Shown here piece after piece: positions 17,443 to 28,500 of a stretch of 64,000 nucleotides of DNA. The notes under the pieces are model-generated. The model was not told where the DNA came from. It saw nothing but the letters and a program-made list of their open reading frames with translations, and searched no databases. A program made the translations under genes and the position numbers. The stretch lies in assembly GCA_003635255.1 (NCBI GenBank), contig PYJC01000091.1:992-64991 (forward strand), given 5' to 3'. This DNA is from Candidatus Poribacteria bacterium (GTDB lineage Bacteria; Poribacteria; WGA-4E; WGA-3G). Within the stretch, counting starts at the first letter, position 1. Each line of letters opens with the position of its first letter.

Positions 17443-19386
17443 ATGTCAGAAAAGAGACATCAACTTCAAGTCGGAACTGAAAATACATCGCTCTTGCTTC
17501 CGATCGCCATTGGTATAGTCCTGATTCTGATCAATGCGTATTGGATAGCGCTCGTCAGTGGTATCCACCATTCCCTTAACCCTGCTTATGCTTCTCTGTT
17601 TATTGCCCCGATTGTCAATCTCTTTTTTGGGGTGCTGCTCAATACCTTACTGAAGCGGATCCGTCCACAACTCGCCTTGAACCGTGCACAACTTCTCTTG
17701 GTCTATCAGATGCTGGTTATGCTCTGCTTGGTCTCTGGGCATAACCCGATGGACTTTATCTTGGGAATTCTGGCACATCCGTTTTGGTTTGCCACCTTTG
17801 AAAACGAATACGCTGCCCTCTTTCATCGGTATATTCCGAGTTGGTTCACAACCCAAGATAAAAGTGTGCTTATCGGTTTCTTTGAAGGTAATTCGACCCT
17901 ATACACGGCAAAACACCTATCGGCATGGATAGGTCCCACGCTGCTTTGGTCGTTTGTTACGTTTGTCCTCTTTTTCATCTTGATGTGCTTCAACAGTATT
18001 CAACGTCTGCAATGGAGTGAGCGGGAACGCCTGAGTTATCCGATTGCCCAACTCCCGATAGAGATGACCTCCCCGCGGTTTTTCTCAAGAAGATTGTTAT
18101 GGCTTGGATTCGGTATCTGCGCGGTGATGGAACTCCTCAATGGAATTCATTTTCTTTATCCTTTTGTGCCGGGTGTGCCTCTGAAAATCCCGGACTTCGG
18201 TGCGAAAATCTTTACGGCGAAACCTTGGAGTGCTATTGGTTGGTTACCGCTCTTCTTTTATCCTTGGGTTATTGGCTTGACGTTCTTTGTCCCGCTTGAA
18301 CTCTCATTTTCGGTCTGGTTCTTTTTTCTGTTCACAAAATTTCAGTTGATTTTGGGGAGCATCGGTGGCTGGAAATCGCTACCCGGATTTCCCTACTATA
18401 ATCAACAAGGCATCGGTGCATGGTTGACCCTCGGCGTTCTCATCTTATGGGTCAGTCGTCCGCATCTTAAGACGGTATTTACGATGGCTTTGAAGCCCTC
18501 TGAAAATGGCGATGCGACTTCCAGAAACGAGCCGTTTCAATACCGCACCGCCCTACTTGGCATCTTGATAGGTACTGCGATCCTCGTTTTCATTTTCCAG
18601 CAGGCGGGTATGTCTGTAGGGATTCTTCTCGCTTTCTTATGCCTCTATTTTCTCATGTCTATTGCCATAACATACGCGAGGGCGGCGGTCGGTGTGCCTT
18701 ATCATGAGGTCATTTGGACACATCCGCAACTGATGCTCGTCTCGGTTTTAGGCGTACGACGGATTGGCGCGGCGAACTTGACACTTCTGTCTTTTTTGTA
18801 TCCGTATGTGCGGGATAACGTTTCGCACCCGATGCCGAGCCAGTTGGAAGGGTTCAAACTCGCGGAACGCGCCCGGCTTTCCCAGAAAAAGATGGCGATT
18901 GCGATGATTGTTGCTCTATTGGTTGCCACCCCTGTTTCGTTTTGGGCATACTTGCATCTCATATATCAACACGGCGCGGTTCGGACGGAGGGATATATTA
19001 TCGGTATCGGCTTTGAAACCTTTGAACGGATGTTATTGCCGTGGTTGCAACAACCGCATGCTACAGACAGCACTGGCTTGAGTTTCACGGCGTTTGCCTC
19101 GCTGTTCACGTTGGGACTCATGTTTCTGAGAAGACAGTTTATCTGGTTTCCTTTCCATCCAGCGGGCTATGCGCTCGGTTTATCCGCAGGGATGGTTTGG
19201 GTCTGGAGCGCAGTGTGTGTTGGCTGGTTCATCAAAGCGGTCTTGCTCAAATTCGGTGGGTTGCGCATCTATCGGAAGGCAGCCCCATTTTTCGTCGGGG
19301 TGATTTTGGGCGATTTTCTGACCGGAATGTTCTGGAGTTTGGTGGGTGCAGTCTTTGAGATACCTGTGTACCGGGTCTGGTATTGA
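17443..19386 (+). CDS. Large polytopic membrane protein of unknown function
   Basis: About 647 aa from ATG 17443 (GGAAGG RBS). At least 12 hydrophobic segments and no recognisable catalytic motif. The upstream part of the track ORF is translated repeat DNA. Confidence 0.7.
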   Translation: MSEKRHQLQVGTENTSLLLPIAIGIVLILINAYWIALVSGIHHSLNPAYASLFIAPIVNLFFGVLLNTLLKRIRPQLALNRAQLLLVYQMLVMLCLVSGHNPMDFILGILAHPFWFATFENEYAALFHRYIPSWFTTQDKSVLIGFFEGNSTLYTAKHLSAWIGPTLLWSFVTFVLFFILMCFNSIQRLQWSERERLSYPIAQLPIEMTSPRFFSRRLLWLGFGICAVMELLNGIHFLYPFVPGVPLKIPDFGAKIFTAKPWSAIGWLPLFFYPWVIGLTFFVPLELSFSVWFFFLFTKFQLILGSIGGWKSLPGFPYYNQQGIGAWLTLGVLILWVSRPHLKTVFTMALKPSENGDATSRNEPFQYRTALLGILIGTAILVFIFQQAGMSVGILLAFLCLYFLMSIAITYARAAVGVPYHEVIWTHPQLMLVSVLGVRRIGAANLTLLSFLYPYVRDNVSHPMPSQLEGFKLAERARLSQKKMAIAMIVALLVATPVSFWAYLHLIYQHGAVRTEGYIIGIGFETFERMLLPWLQQPHATDSTGLSFTAFASLFTLGLMFLRRQFIWFPFHPAGYALGLSAGMVWVWSAVCVGWFIKAVLLKFGGLRIYRKAAPFFVGVILGDFLTGMFWSLVGAVFEIPVYRVWY

Positions 19387-19513
19387 CACAGTAATAGAGA
19401 TAGCGCAGCTTCTTTAAACTATTCGGTTCCACATTATCGTATTCTGTCCTCTGAGGGGACTGACATTTTTAAGTTGATACTTCAACAGGTATATGGTAAA
19501 GTTAAAAATCATA

Positions 19514-19774
19514 ATGAATGTACGCTTAAACAAAAAACATCAAAGGACATTGGCGGCTATTTTTAGCACACAGACTCCTGCCACGTTGCCATGGCGGCGA
19601 ATTGAAGCCCTTTTCATGGCACTTGGTGCTACAAAAGAAGAAGGACGTGATCTTCCTTTCAAATTGAAGGAGGAGCATACCACGTTTCACCGACCTCATC
19701 CGCAAAAAGAGGCAAAACGATACCACGTACGCGATGCGCGAGATTTCCTTAAAAGAGTAGGAGTAACACCATGA
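19514..19774 (+). CDS. hicA: HicA-family toxin (type II TA)
   Basis: KKHQRTLAAIF...W..IEALFMALGA...FHRPHPQKEAKRYHVRDARDFLKRVGV matches the HicA-like FHRPHP.KE pattern. The stop overlaps the next start (ATGA at 19771). Confidence 0.75.
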   Translation: MNVRLNKKHQRTLAAIFSTQTPATLPWRRIEALFMALGATKEEGRDLPFKLKEEHTTFHRPHPQKEAKRYHVRDARDFLKRVGVTP

Positions 19775-20025
19775 AAACAATGACATACAGAGGATATACA
19801 TCGGAAATTATCTATAGCGACGAAGACGAGTGTTTTGTTGGTCATGTTGTCGATCCTGGTGATGATATTATAGGTTTTCACGGAGATACCGATGAAGAAC
19901 TACGTACTGCCTTTGAAAACGTGGTGGATCTCCACATCAAAGTCAAAGAGCAACCAGAGAACCCACCGCAAAAACACTTTGCGCTGAGATTGCTGTCGCG
20001 CCTACGTCAAGCACTCCATCTGTAG
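19771..20025 (+). CDS. hicB: HicB-family antitoxin, apparently truncated at the C-terminus
   Basis: YRGYTSEIIYSDEDECFVGHVVDPGDDIIGFHGDTDEELRTAFENVVDLHI is the HicB N-domain pattern. The protein stops shortly after FALRL.., where family members normally continue into an RHH-type DNA-binding helix pair. Confidence 0.7.
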   Translation: MKTMTYRGYTSEIIYSDEDECFVGHVVDPGDDIIGFHGDTDEELRTAFENVVDLHIKVKEQPENPPQKHFALRLLSRLRQALHL

Positions 20026-20079
20026 AAACAGAACATTTGTCGCCAGTAAATAAAACCACGAAAATAGGGAATTGGACCG

Positions 20080-20769
20080 GTGAAGATATGCCTTATTGTT
20101 TTTGCTAAGAATCCAGTGCCGAACCAAGTCAAAACGCGGCTTATACCAACGCTTTCGCCAGAACAAGCGACAGCACTCTACACAGCGTTCCTCACAGATT
20201 GGTGTGAGATACTTGCTAAACTTACCAACGTAGATCTCGTCATTGCGTATACACCGCCAGAGGCACAACCCGATTTACAGGCATTAATCGGAGATGATGT
20301 TATCTACATCCCGCAAATGGGAGCAGACCTTGGGGAACGACTGACTTCAGCCACGCAGTGGGCAGCTAAACAAGGATACACAAAGATACTATTCGTCGGA
20401 TCCGATAGTCCAACTTTACCGATTTCATACATATCTCAAGCAATCACACTGCTCGACTCGCGGGATACCGTTATCGGACCGAGTACAGATGGCGGTTATT
20501 ACCTCATCGGCTTCTCGGCTGCAGCATTAACAACGACAGTACCCCACGTATTTGAAGAGATCGCATGGAGTACGGCAGATGTCTTTCAACAGACAGTTAC
20601 ACGCATCCGTGAAGCAGAAGTAACGCTTGGACTCTTACCGCCGTGGTATGACATAGATACACCCGAAGACTTGGCGTTTCTGCATGCGCATATATCAGCG
20701 ATGCGACTTGCGGGGGACACGGTACAAGCAGTTAGAACAGAATCTTTATTAGTAGAACTGTTTTCATAA
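20080..20769 (+). CDS. DUF2064 (TIGR04282) glycosyltransferase-like protein
   Basis: GTG start. VFAKNPVPNQVKTRL, GSDSPTLP, GPSTDGGYYLIG and WYDIDTPEDL blocks. Confidence 0.75.
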   Translation: MKICLIVFAKNPVPNQVKTRLIPTLSPEQATALYTAFLTDWCEILAKLTNVDLVIAYTPPEAQPDLQALIGDDVIYIPQMGADLGERLTSATQWAAKQGYTKILFVGSDSPTLPISYISQAITLLDSRDTVIGPSTDGGYYLIGFSAAALTTTVPHVFEEIAWSTADVFQQTVTRIREAEVTLGLLPPWYDIDTPEDLAFLHAHISAMRLAGDTVQAVRTESLLVELFS

Positions 20770-20787
20770 AAAGAAAGGAACTCAATA

Positions 20788-21519
20788 ATGGGACAATTAG
20801 ATGGAAAAGTTGCGATTGTAACGGGTGGAAACCGAGGCATCGGTAAAGGGATTGCGAAAGGACTCGCCGCTGAAGGTGCGAGTTTGACTATCGCTGCAAG
20901 GAATGCCGAACTTCTTGAGGAAACCGCTAACGAACTCCGCACAAACGGCACAAAGGTGTTGGCTGTGCCGACCGATGTAACGGACGAGGCACAGATTAAA
21001 GCACTCTTTGAAAAATCAATGGCGGAACACGGACGTTTGGACATCCTCGTGAATAATGCGGGTGCATTCGATGCCGGTCCCATAGATGAACTCTCAACAG
21101 AGGCGTGGGATTGGGTTGTCGCTGTGAACCTCAGCGCGCCGTTTCTCTGCACGCGCGAGGCATTCGGGATCATGAAGGCACAAGGTGAAGGTGGACGTAT
21201 CATTAACATTGGCAGTATCTCTTCGCATCGGGTTCGTCCGCTCACTGCGCCTTATAGTGCCACTAAATTCGGTATTTGGGGACTGACCCAGGTAACAGCA
21301 CTTGAAGGCAGACCGCACGGGATTACAGCGAGCTGTTTGAAACCCGGCAACACTTATGTGGAACGCATCCAGAACCGTCCACAGGCACCGACCGAGCCGA
21401 TGATGGATGTTGATGCGCTCGCACAAGCTGCTGTTCTAATGGCAACGCTTCCACCGAATATAAATATGTTAGAAGCGACTGTCTTACCGGTCGGTCAACT
21501 CTATATTGGTAGAGGCTAA
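20788..21519 (+). CDS. Short-chain dehydrogenase/reductase (SDR)
   Basis: TGGNRGIGKG Rossmann motif, NNAG, and the S...YxxxK region (YSATKFG). Confidence 0.9.
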   Translation: MGQLDGKVAIVTGGNRGIGKGIAKGLAAEGASLTIAARNAELLEETANELRTNGTKVLAVPTDVTDEAQIKALFEKSMAEHGRLDILVNNAGAFDAGPIDELSTEAWDWVVAVNLSAPFLCTREAFGIMKAQGEGGRIINIGSISSHRVRPLTAPYSATKFGIWGLTQVTALEGRPHGITASCLKPGNTYVERIQNRPQAPTEPMMDVDALAQAAVLMATLPPNINMLEATVLPVGQLYIGRG

Positions 21520-21538
21520 CACGCAGCCGGAGAAAATC

Positions 21539-22765
21539 ATGAAAGTGAATCGAGATCAATTCATGGAAGAAGGGTATCTCGTTCTACGGGAAGTAGTTCC
21601 GCCGGAAGAATTAGATGCGCTTCGTGAAAGTTATGAACTGATGGTATCACGCCAGCGGGAAATCTGGGCGCGAGAACGGGGACCCAACGACCCACCGGGG
21701 GGCGTATGGGAGACTTCGCCACAACCGCGTTTACTGCTTGGACGCGATCCGCTCGCAAAACTTGTCGATGAAAAGACAGCGAGTGCAGTCGAAATTTGGG
21801 CGCACGAAAATATGCAAGGTGCCAGCACTGAGCTGCTCGGTGAGGAAGACGCGGGTGTTACCGAGATGATGCTGATGTGCAGCCCTGTCCGCGATTGTGG
21901 ACCCGCTGCTTGGCATCGCGACCACCACCCGATTGATACCGCGCCATTACAAGGCTACATCGACGATATTGTGGAGACGGGACCGCGCTATGTGCAGTGG
22001 AATCTCTCACTCTATGACGATAGTGTGTTGTGGGTGCTGCCCGGCAGTCACCTGCGTGTCAACACTGACGCGGAAAACCGACACTTGTTGGCGGATCCGA
22101 AAGTCCCACTACCGGGTGCAGTGCAGACACATCTTAATGCAGGCGATGGTGTTGTTTATATTTTACCTATTTTGCATTGGGGCAGCAATTATAGTCGGAA
22201 GATGCGGCGCACGATCCACGGTGGATTTGCAAATCACACCCATTACGAAGCGTTTGACTACATAGATTACCTGTCGCCAGAAGTGCAAGACAAATTCCAC
22301 CGGTGGAATGAACGTAGTGAGCAGATGAAGGTGTGGACAGAGAATACGCTCCGCGCTGTGATTGAAAAGCGTGCGGATGCCTATCACACGGCACTCGAAA
22401 GTTTGCACCCTGACAGGGGTGAAAAAGGGAAGATGCTCTCAACCGTTTTCCTGTGTAAAGCTGCCTGTTTTGTGGCAATGATGCACGATTGTGATCTCAC
22501 GGACATCCCCGATGAACTCAAGAATCGCGGGAAAGGTTTTCATGCAATTACCCTTAATTGGGGACCACCTTTCGCGGAACGGTTCACGAAAGAAGAAGCA
22601 GCCACCGTGTGGGATCGTTTTAAACCGCTTGATGCACTCCTCAAGACCGACGCAGAGCAGTATCTACCGGGTTTTCAATCCGGTCCGATGTACTACTATT
22701 TCAATGAAATGCCTGCCAATTTCGGCGTTGCAGATTTCATCAAAACATGGGAACTACAACCGTAA
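21539..22765 (+). CDS. Phytanoyl-CoA dioxygenase (PhyH) family Fe(II)/2OG oxygenase
   Basis: GGAG RBS before ATG 21539. F.eEGYLVL N-terminus; WHRDH (HxD-type) and later H residues. Confidence 0.65.
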   Translation: MKVNRDQFMEEGYLVLREVVPPEELDALRESYELMVSRQREIWARERGPNDPPGGVWETSPQPRLLLGRDPLAKLVDEKTASAVEIWAHENMQGASTELLGEEDAGVTEMMLMCSPVRDCGPAAWHRDHHPIDTAPLQGYIDDIVETGPRYVQWNLSLYDDSVLWVLPGSHLRVNTDAENRHLLADPKVPLPGAVQTHLNAGDGVVYILPILHWGSNYSRKMRRTIHGGFANHTHYEAFDYIDYLSPEVQDKFHRWNERSEQMKVWTENTLRAVIEKRADAYHTALESLHPDRGEKGKMLSTVFLCKAACFVAMMHDCDLTDIPDELKNRGKGFHAITLNWGPPFAERFTKEEAATVWDRFKPLDALLKTDAEQYLPGFQSGPMYYYFNEMPANFGVADFIKTWELQP

Positions 22766-23551
22766 ACCGAGCATTCCGCTGAGATAGAAATATGCCTCTT
22801 CAGTATAACGGGGTAGGTTCTCGGGATCTTCGACTTCCAATTCCAAAGTCAGATCGCCTTGGTAGTCCACTGCTTGGAGTGTCTCAATAATCTCTTTGAG
22901 GTTGAGTTCACCGCGCCCGATGCCGACAGATATAGATCCGAGATGATCCTTGAGGTGTACTGCGTATAGACGTGATGCGAATTGACGAATCGCGGCAAGT
23001 GTGTCTACACCGGATGCGTGGAAATGCCCTGTATCTATGCAGACACCGACGCGTTCGTCGGGAATAGCGTCTAAAACGGTTTGGAAATCCTCTGCCTGTT
23101 CAAGGACATTCCCGTGGTGCGGTTCGAGTGTTAACTTGATTTGACTCTCTGCTGGCATGCGTTGTAACACCTCACGGACACAAGCGGTGACTCTATCCAG
23201 GGCACCGGGGTCTGTTCTCCGTTGCGCGCCACTTGTCGTCAAATGTGTAGCACCGAGTCCCTCAGCGATTTCGACACATCTCGCGATTGCGCCTGCGCGT
23301 GCGTCAACATCGGTGTTGTCCTGTCCACCCCATCCGGGTGGGTAGAGTCCAGCACACCTCATGCCGGATGCGTCAACTTTTGCCTTCATACTGTCTATGT
23401 CAAAAGCGAGCGCGGCATCAACACTCCAGATAAGCGGTCCGTGAATTTCCATGAGGCGATAGCCGATTTTCGGTGCGTTTTCCAAAGTTGCGGCAACTTC
23501 ATCTTCGGCGTAGCCTCGGTAACAGATTGAAGCACAAATAATATCCATCAA
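22754..23551 (-). CDS. Sugar phosphate isomerase/epimerase (xylose-isomerase-like TIM barrel)
   Basis: 265 aa. LEPHHGN, IDTGH and HLKD metal-ligand style blocks. Confidence 0.75.
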   Translation of the reverse strand: MMDIICASICYRGYAEDEVAATLENAPKIGYRLMEIHGPLIWSVDAALAFDIDSMKAKVDASGMRCAGLYPPGWGGQDNTDVDARAGAIARCVEIAEGLGATHLTTSGAQRRTDPGALDRVTACVREVLQRMPAESQIKLTLEPHHGNVLEQAEDFQTVLDAIPDERVGVCIDTGHFHASGVDTLAAIRQFASRLYAVHLKDHLGSISVGIGRGELNLKEIIETLQAVDYQGDLTLELEVEDPENLPRYTEEAYFYLSGMLGLRL

Positions 23552-23599
23552 ATCCCCTTTCTATTTTGCGAAAAAACATCAAGGCACTATACAGTCTGC

Positions 23600-23869
23600 T
23601 CAATCATTTATTAATCGCATGTATTCATCGTGTGTTCCGATCCAAAACCAGAAGAAAGTACCCTCTCTTTCGGATGCAAGCGTACGATACTTAGGACCAA
23701 CCCTTGCTGACCAATAGATACGAACTTTCTTTAGGGTTAAAGATGGATGCGCTGGATTCTGTTTTAGGAGTGCAAAACTTTTGTCAGCGAGCTGCTGAAC
23801 ATGGTATGGAAGATCTTGGTAATGTTTCCGAAAACGCTGGGTTTTTACGTGTTTTATATATCTTCGCAT
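23600..23869 (-). CDS. RelE/ParE-superfamily toxin (type II TA)
   Basis: F.KHYQDLP..VQ...KSFALLKQNPAHPSL.LKK...WSARV...YR.L...WFWIGTHDEY pattern. It overlaps the upstream antitoxin gene by 16 nt. Confidence 0.7.
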   Translation of the reverse strand: MRRYIKHVKTQRFRKHYQDLPYHVQQLADKSFALLKQNPAHPSLTLKKVRIYWSARVGPKYRTLASEREGTFFWFWIGTHDEYMRLIND

Positions 23870-24165
23870 TTACCTGCTCGAAAATCAGTGAGTGCCTCCT
23901 CCGCGAATCGTTCAAGTTTTCCTGCCTTAGCGTCTTCCTCAAACTGTTTATCCCACACTTCTGCTTCCACCCTATACGCATCTAAACGCTCGTGAAGTTC
24001 AATTTTCAACACTTTTAACAATTCTTTTTTCGTCTTTCTTTGACACTTTACCTCAGGGAGTTCTTGTATCCACCCAATCCATCCATCACCGTTTTGCTCG
24101 GCACAAACTGTATAGGTTTCGGCAAACCCTTGTTCTTGAATTTCAATAGTGTGAAGTTTATCCAT
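23854..24165 (-). CDS. Antitoxin partner (HicB-like/UPF0150 fold N-domain plus C-terminal toxin-binding tail)
   Basis: 103 aa. C-terminal WDKQFEEDAKAGKLERFAEEALTDFRAGKCEDI resembles tails of antitoxins paired with this toxin type. Confidence 0.6.
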   Translation of the reverse strand: MDKLHTIEIQEQGFAETYTVCAEQNGDGWIGWIQELPEVKCQRKTKKELLKVLKIELHERLDAYRVEAEVWDKQFEEDAKAGKLERFAEEALTDFRAGKCEDI

Positions 24166-24304
24166 GTCTATCTCCTTCTATGTAACGGGTCAGATATATC
24201 CATTATATCTCCTAAAAAGACCAATTGTCAAACAATTCCCTTGAAAAATTGAGCGGAAAAGGTATAATAAACGATATAATCAGTAGACTTGGAGCACACA
24301 GAAA

Positions 24305-24715
24305 GTGATTCAACAAATCGAAATAACTTTACCTGAATATCCTCGCGGTTTTCATCTCGTCACCGATGAGATCGTGAAATCGCTTGATGAACTGCCGAAA
24401 GAAGGTATCCTGCACCTATTTATCAAGCATACCTCAGCAGGATTGACCATCAACGAAAACGACGATCCGACGGTTCGCGAGGACTTCGCCAACAGTTTTG
24501 ATCAGCTCGTCAAAGAGCGCGAACCCTTCTATAAACACACTATAGAAGGCGACGACGATATGCCAGCGCATATTAAAGCGTCGCTCGTCGGTTTCACCGT
24601 CTCCGTTCCGATTACGAACCATTGCCTCAATTTGGGTGTCTGGCAAGGTATCTATCTCTGCGAATTTCGGAATCGCGGCGGTAGGCGACACCTAATGGCG
24701 ACGCTTTATTCTTAG
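24305..24715 (+). CDS. yjbQ: YjbQ/UPF0047 family (secondary thiamine-phosphate synthase enzyme)
   Basis: HTSAGLTINENDDP, DDMPAHIKASL and GVWQGIYLCEFR motifs. Confidence 0.85.
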   Translation: MIQQIEITLPEYPRGFHLVTDEIVKSLDELPKEGILHLFIKHTSAGLTINENDDPTVREDFANSFDQLVKEREPFYKHTIEGDDDMPAHIKASLVGFTVSVPITNHCLNLGVWQGIYLCEFRNRGGRRHLMATLYS

Positions 24716-24729
24716 TGTATAGACGGCCT

Positions 24730-25488
24730 CTACAGCGTGCTATAGAGCTCAGCGTGCCGTTGCAGCACCGCATCGGAATCCGGTGGGTTGATCACCTCTA
24801 TAGAGATAAACCCATTATATCCGTCTTCTGCGAGGAGTGTGAGTGAATCCCTTTCTGTATCGGGTAGGGGTCCGTCGTCCCCGAAGTTGACATGGGCATG
24901 TCGGACTTTGCCACGCAGATGGACATACGCTACATTGACCGGTTCTCCGTGCCGGACATGATGCGCTGCATGCCAATTCACAAAGGTATTTTGCGCTTCA
25001 GCGCGATGCAGTGTCTCCGCAACGTAACTGCCGATGAGGTTGCCGTGTGTCTCTAAACAGAGGGCAACACCTGCGTCGCCAGCCAACCCATCGCACTGGC
25101 GAATGCCATCCGCTTCCCAATCCAAAGTTTGGGATACTTCAACTGGGGTCTCTGGTACCCTGTCCCCAAAGATACGGATATTCGCAGCACCCATGGTCTC
25201 CGCAAGATCAATGTAACGCTTGAGCAGTTCGACCTGTTCGGCGCGTTTGTTCGCGTCGGGATCGATGAATCGGACCCCCGTTGCAATGCAGGAAAGATCA
25301 ATCCCGCTATCGACAAATTGGGCTCGGGCATCTCGGAGTTGTTGTGGGGTCGAGTCCAATTCCACGCCGTGTCCGTGATTCCACTCGACACGGAGTTCCA
25401 AATGTTTATAGTCATACTGTTTCGCTTTGTCCATCAATTCCGCCAGTGTTAGTGGCGGACAGACAGACGACATAAATCCAAATTGCAT
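24730..25488 (-). CDS. Sugar phosphate isomerase/epimerase (xylose-isomerase-like TIM barrel)
   Basis: 252 aa. LELRVEW, LCLETHGN, HAHVNF and ISIEV blocks. Confidence 0.75.
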   Translation of the reverse strand: MQFGFMSSVCPPLTLAELMDKAKQYDYKHLELRVEWNHGHGVELDSTPQQLRDARAQFVDSGIDLSCIATGVRFIDPDANKRAEQVELLKRYIDLAETMGAANIRIFGDRVPETPVEVSQTLDWEADGIRQCDGLAGDAGVALCLETHGNLIGSYVAETLHRAEAQNTFVNWHAAHHVRHGEPVNVAYVHLRGKVRHAHVNFGDDGPLPDTERDSLTLLAEDGYNGFISIEVINPPDSDAVLQRHAELYSTL

Positions 25489-25511
25489 GTAAAGCCTCCA
25501 GTTTTGTTAGG

Positions 25512-28500
25512 TTAACCTCGAATGTCAATAGATGAACCGTATGAACCGTCATCTCCACGTTTCCTAACGTTGATTTTAACAGGTAAACGTCTCGTTAATT
25601 CCTGAACATGGCTAATGAGGAAGATGTTCCGCCCTTGCATACGAAGCCCTTCCAGTGCCGCGATTGCGATGTCAAGCGTTTCAGTATCAAGGGTGCCGAA
25701 TCCTTCATCAAGGAACAATGAATTGAGTTGGGCGCGCCCACGACTCAACTCCGAAAGCGCGAGTGCCAAAGCGAGACTCGTTAGGAAAGATTCACCACCG
25801 GAGAGCGTCTCAACAGGACGCTCCTCATTCGCGTTCCAGCGATCAATGACAGCCAGGTCTCCAATACCTTCAACTCTAAGCTGGTATCGCTCCGAAGTGA
25901 GGAACCTCAACTGCTCATTCGCTAAACTACTCATCTGCTTAAACATGATTTCCAATGCAAAATCGCGTAAAGCATTGGCGGGAATTGTCTCCTGTAACCG
26001 CTGCCAGCGTTCCAATTCTTGCTGCGCTGCACCGAGTTCATCACCGAGAGCCTTACGGTTTTCAAGTGCATCTTTCAAGTCATCAATTTTCTGCTGTTGT
26101 GCCCCAATCTCTTGCTGTGCTTTTTGAAGCTGCGCTTCAATTTCTTTTAGTTGGGCCTCAATCCGATCCAATGCTTCTGGGTCAAAGGGGGTTTCCTCAA
26201 AGCGAGTTTGCAACTCCGTAATCTCTAAGGCGAGCCTCTGGGTTTCAGCCGCATGTGCATCAATTTGGTCGGTTAAGTCTTGTATCTGGTTATCATCTCG
26301 GAAGGCGTTATCGTGTGCTTCCGCTGTGTTAAATCCTGCATCCGCTAACTTATCGAAGTAAACTTGGCGTGATGCGTCCAACTTTTCGACAGACGTATGA
26401 AAATTTTCCTCGCGCATTTTATGAGCAGCCTGTTTTTGCGTCAGTAAATCTTGACTGTTCTGTAATTGCTGTTCAGCACCATCGCGCGCGTTTTCTTTCG
26501 TTTGTAGGTCGGTTTGTAACGCTTCGGTAGCGGCGTTAATATCATCTTCGGTGTCCAATCCGCCGGTTTTCTCACGCGCGGCAGATAGATACGCTTCCCG
26601 TTCACGCATATATTTGTCTTTTTCGTTTTTCAACGCTTCACGGTTATCCTTCAGGTTCTGAAGTGTACCTCGGTCTGCTTTGATATTTGCATTAAGCACT
26701 TGAAGATCCGTTTCTGCTTTACCGAGTTCGTTTTCACGCGATGCCACCGCTTCAATCTTATCTGCAAATTGATCTACTGCCTCCTTCGGTGTAATGCCGT
26801 GAAGGGTATCAGGCATAGATTCCCAGAAACGCGTCTCTGTCGCCTTAATATTCGCTTGCAAATCCGCAATCGTATCGTTGAGGCCTTCAAACTGCGTTTT
26901 GGTATCGTTTAAGGTGTTCGTCTCGCGCGTGATCTCCTTTTCACTGGTTTCGAGTTGCTGCGCTACTATCTCGTAAGCGTGTGATGCCTCCGTTCGTGCC
27001 TGATCGGCCTCTCCGAGAGCTGCAATAGCAATATCCGCTTCTGTCATTTGTTCAACTATTAAATCAAGCGAAATGTTTAAGACCTCCTCCATCTCGTCTC
27101 GGATCCCTGCTTCTGAGGCAAATCCCCCGTCGATCGAAATGTTACCGTTGCTGATCGAAATCTTACCGTCTATATGAACCTCCAACTGTTTCAACTGTCC
27201 GGAAAGCACCTCGTTATGTTCTTGTATCCCCTCTATTTCTGACTCAAACTCCGACATTTGGTTAAGAGCGTTACGCTTATTCTGTTCAGTTTGTATTTGC
27301 TTCGTTTTGAAAGATTGCATCTGCTCTTGCGTGACTTGTGCATCATGCTTAGCATTTGCTAAGGCGGTTTCAGCATCTTCCAGCAAGTCCTCTCCTTCAG
27401 GTTCCACAACACCAGCAAACGGATGCTCAGTCGCACCACACACAGGACAAGGTTCTCCTTCGTGAAGATGGTGTCGAAGTTGATTGACAGGACTTGCTAA
27501 CATTGCGGATCTGAGTGCCGACTCACATTTTTCAACTGCCTCCGCAGTGCGCTGACACACTTTTGTTTGTTCCCGTATTTTTCCTTTGATCTGCACAAGT
27601 TCCACATTCAGTGTTGATACAGTGTCATTTAATTCACTTACCTTCTCTGAGAGGTCGTTCATATTCTTTTTCAGGTCTTGATATCCCTGTAAGATAGGAT
27701 ATGCCTTAGCTGCCAGCTGCTTTCGGGCAGTCCATTCCGCATGCGTGCCGGTCGCCAATAGTTCTTCCAATTGCGTGGTGGCATCTGCTAACGTCGTCTC
27801 TGCCGATGCTTTTTCCGACAGATATTTTTCCTGAGTTTTAGATAATTTCTCAATTTCCTTTCTTAACGACGATACTTTCTTCTCAGCATTTGCTTTGTTC
27901 TTCAGTTCTGTTTCCAACTGTTTTTCGTGTGAAGTGAGTTCCGCCAGAAGCCCGGTTACTCGGTTAAAACGTTGCTGCCGATCCGACGGTAGCGGATTAT
28001 CTTCCAAAAAACGTTGCGCATCATCAATCTGTCCTTGCAAATCGGTCTGCTCCGTCTGTCTATCCGTTAATTGCTTTTCCCATGCATCAATCTGATTATT
28101 TACATCTACCAATTCTGGTGTCCGCTTATCCGCCTCTGCATATCTCTCAGCTGCTCGTTCTACATCTGATTTTGCCGCGGCGAAGACCGGCATCTTTTGG
28201 TCTTGCTCGGTGGATGCAGCTTGATATACCTCTTCCTTTTCGTCATAGGCAGCTTGGTCGGTTTCAACTTGCGTTTCTGCATTCGCTTTCTCGGTTGTCG
28301 CGTTACGGAATGCTTCCTCAGATTCTTCACACGCCGACTGTGCAGTATCAAATTCCCGTTTTTCTGAAAGGAGACGTTGCGCGCGATTCGCATTTTCGAG
28401 TTCTTCCTGAAGCGCATCAATCTCCGGCTGTTGCGCTAAGAGTTCTGCTTGCTGTTCTTCCGAGGACTGTAGTTTCTTGTAGTCATCCGTTCTTTTTGTC

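Noticed and set aside
20586-21245. Long antisense ORFs. These include 20586-21245 (219 aa), 16356-16949, 35083-35619, 58154-58669, 25615-26127, 28082-28594, 38944-39414 and 44904-45359.
   Set aside because: All lie fully inside, and antisense or out of frame to, genes with clear family motifs. Their compositions are Ser/Arg/Cys/Pro-rich and typical of shadow frames.
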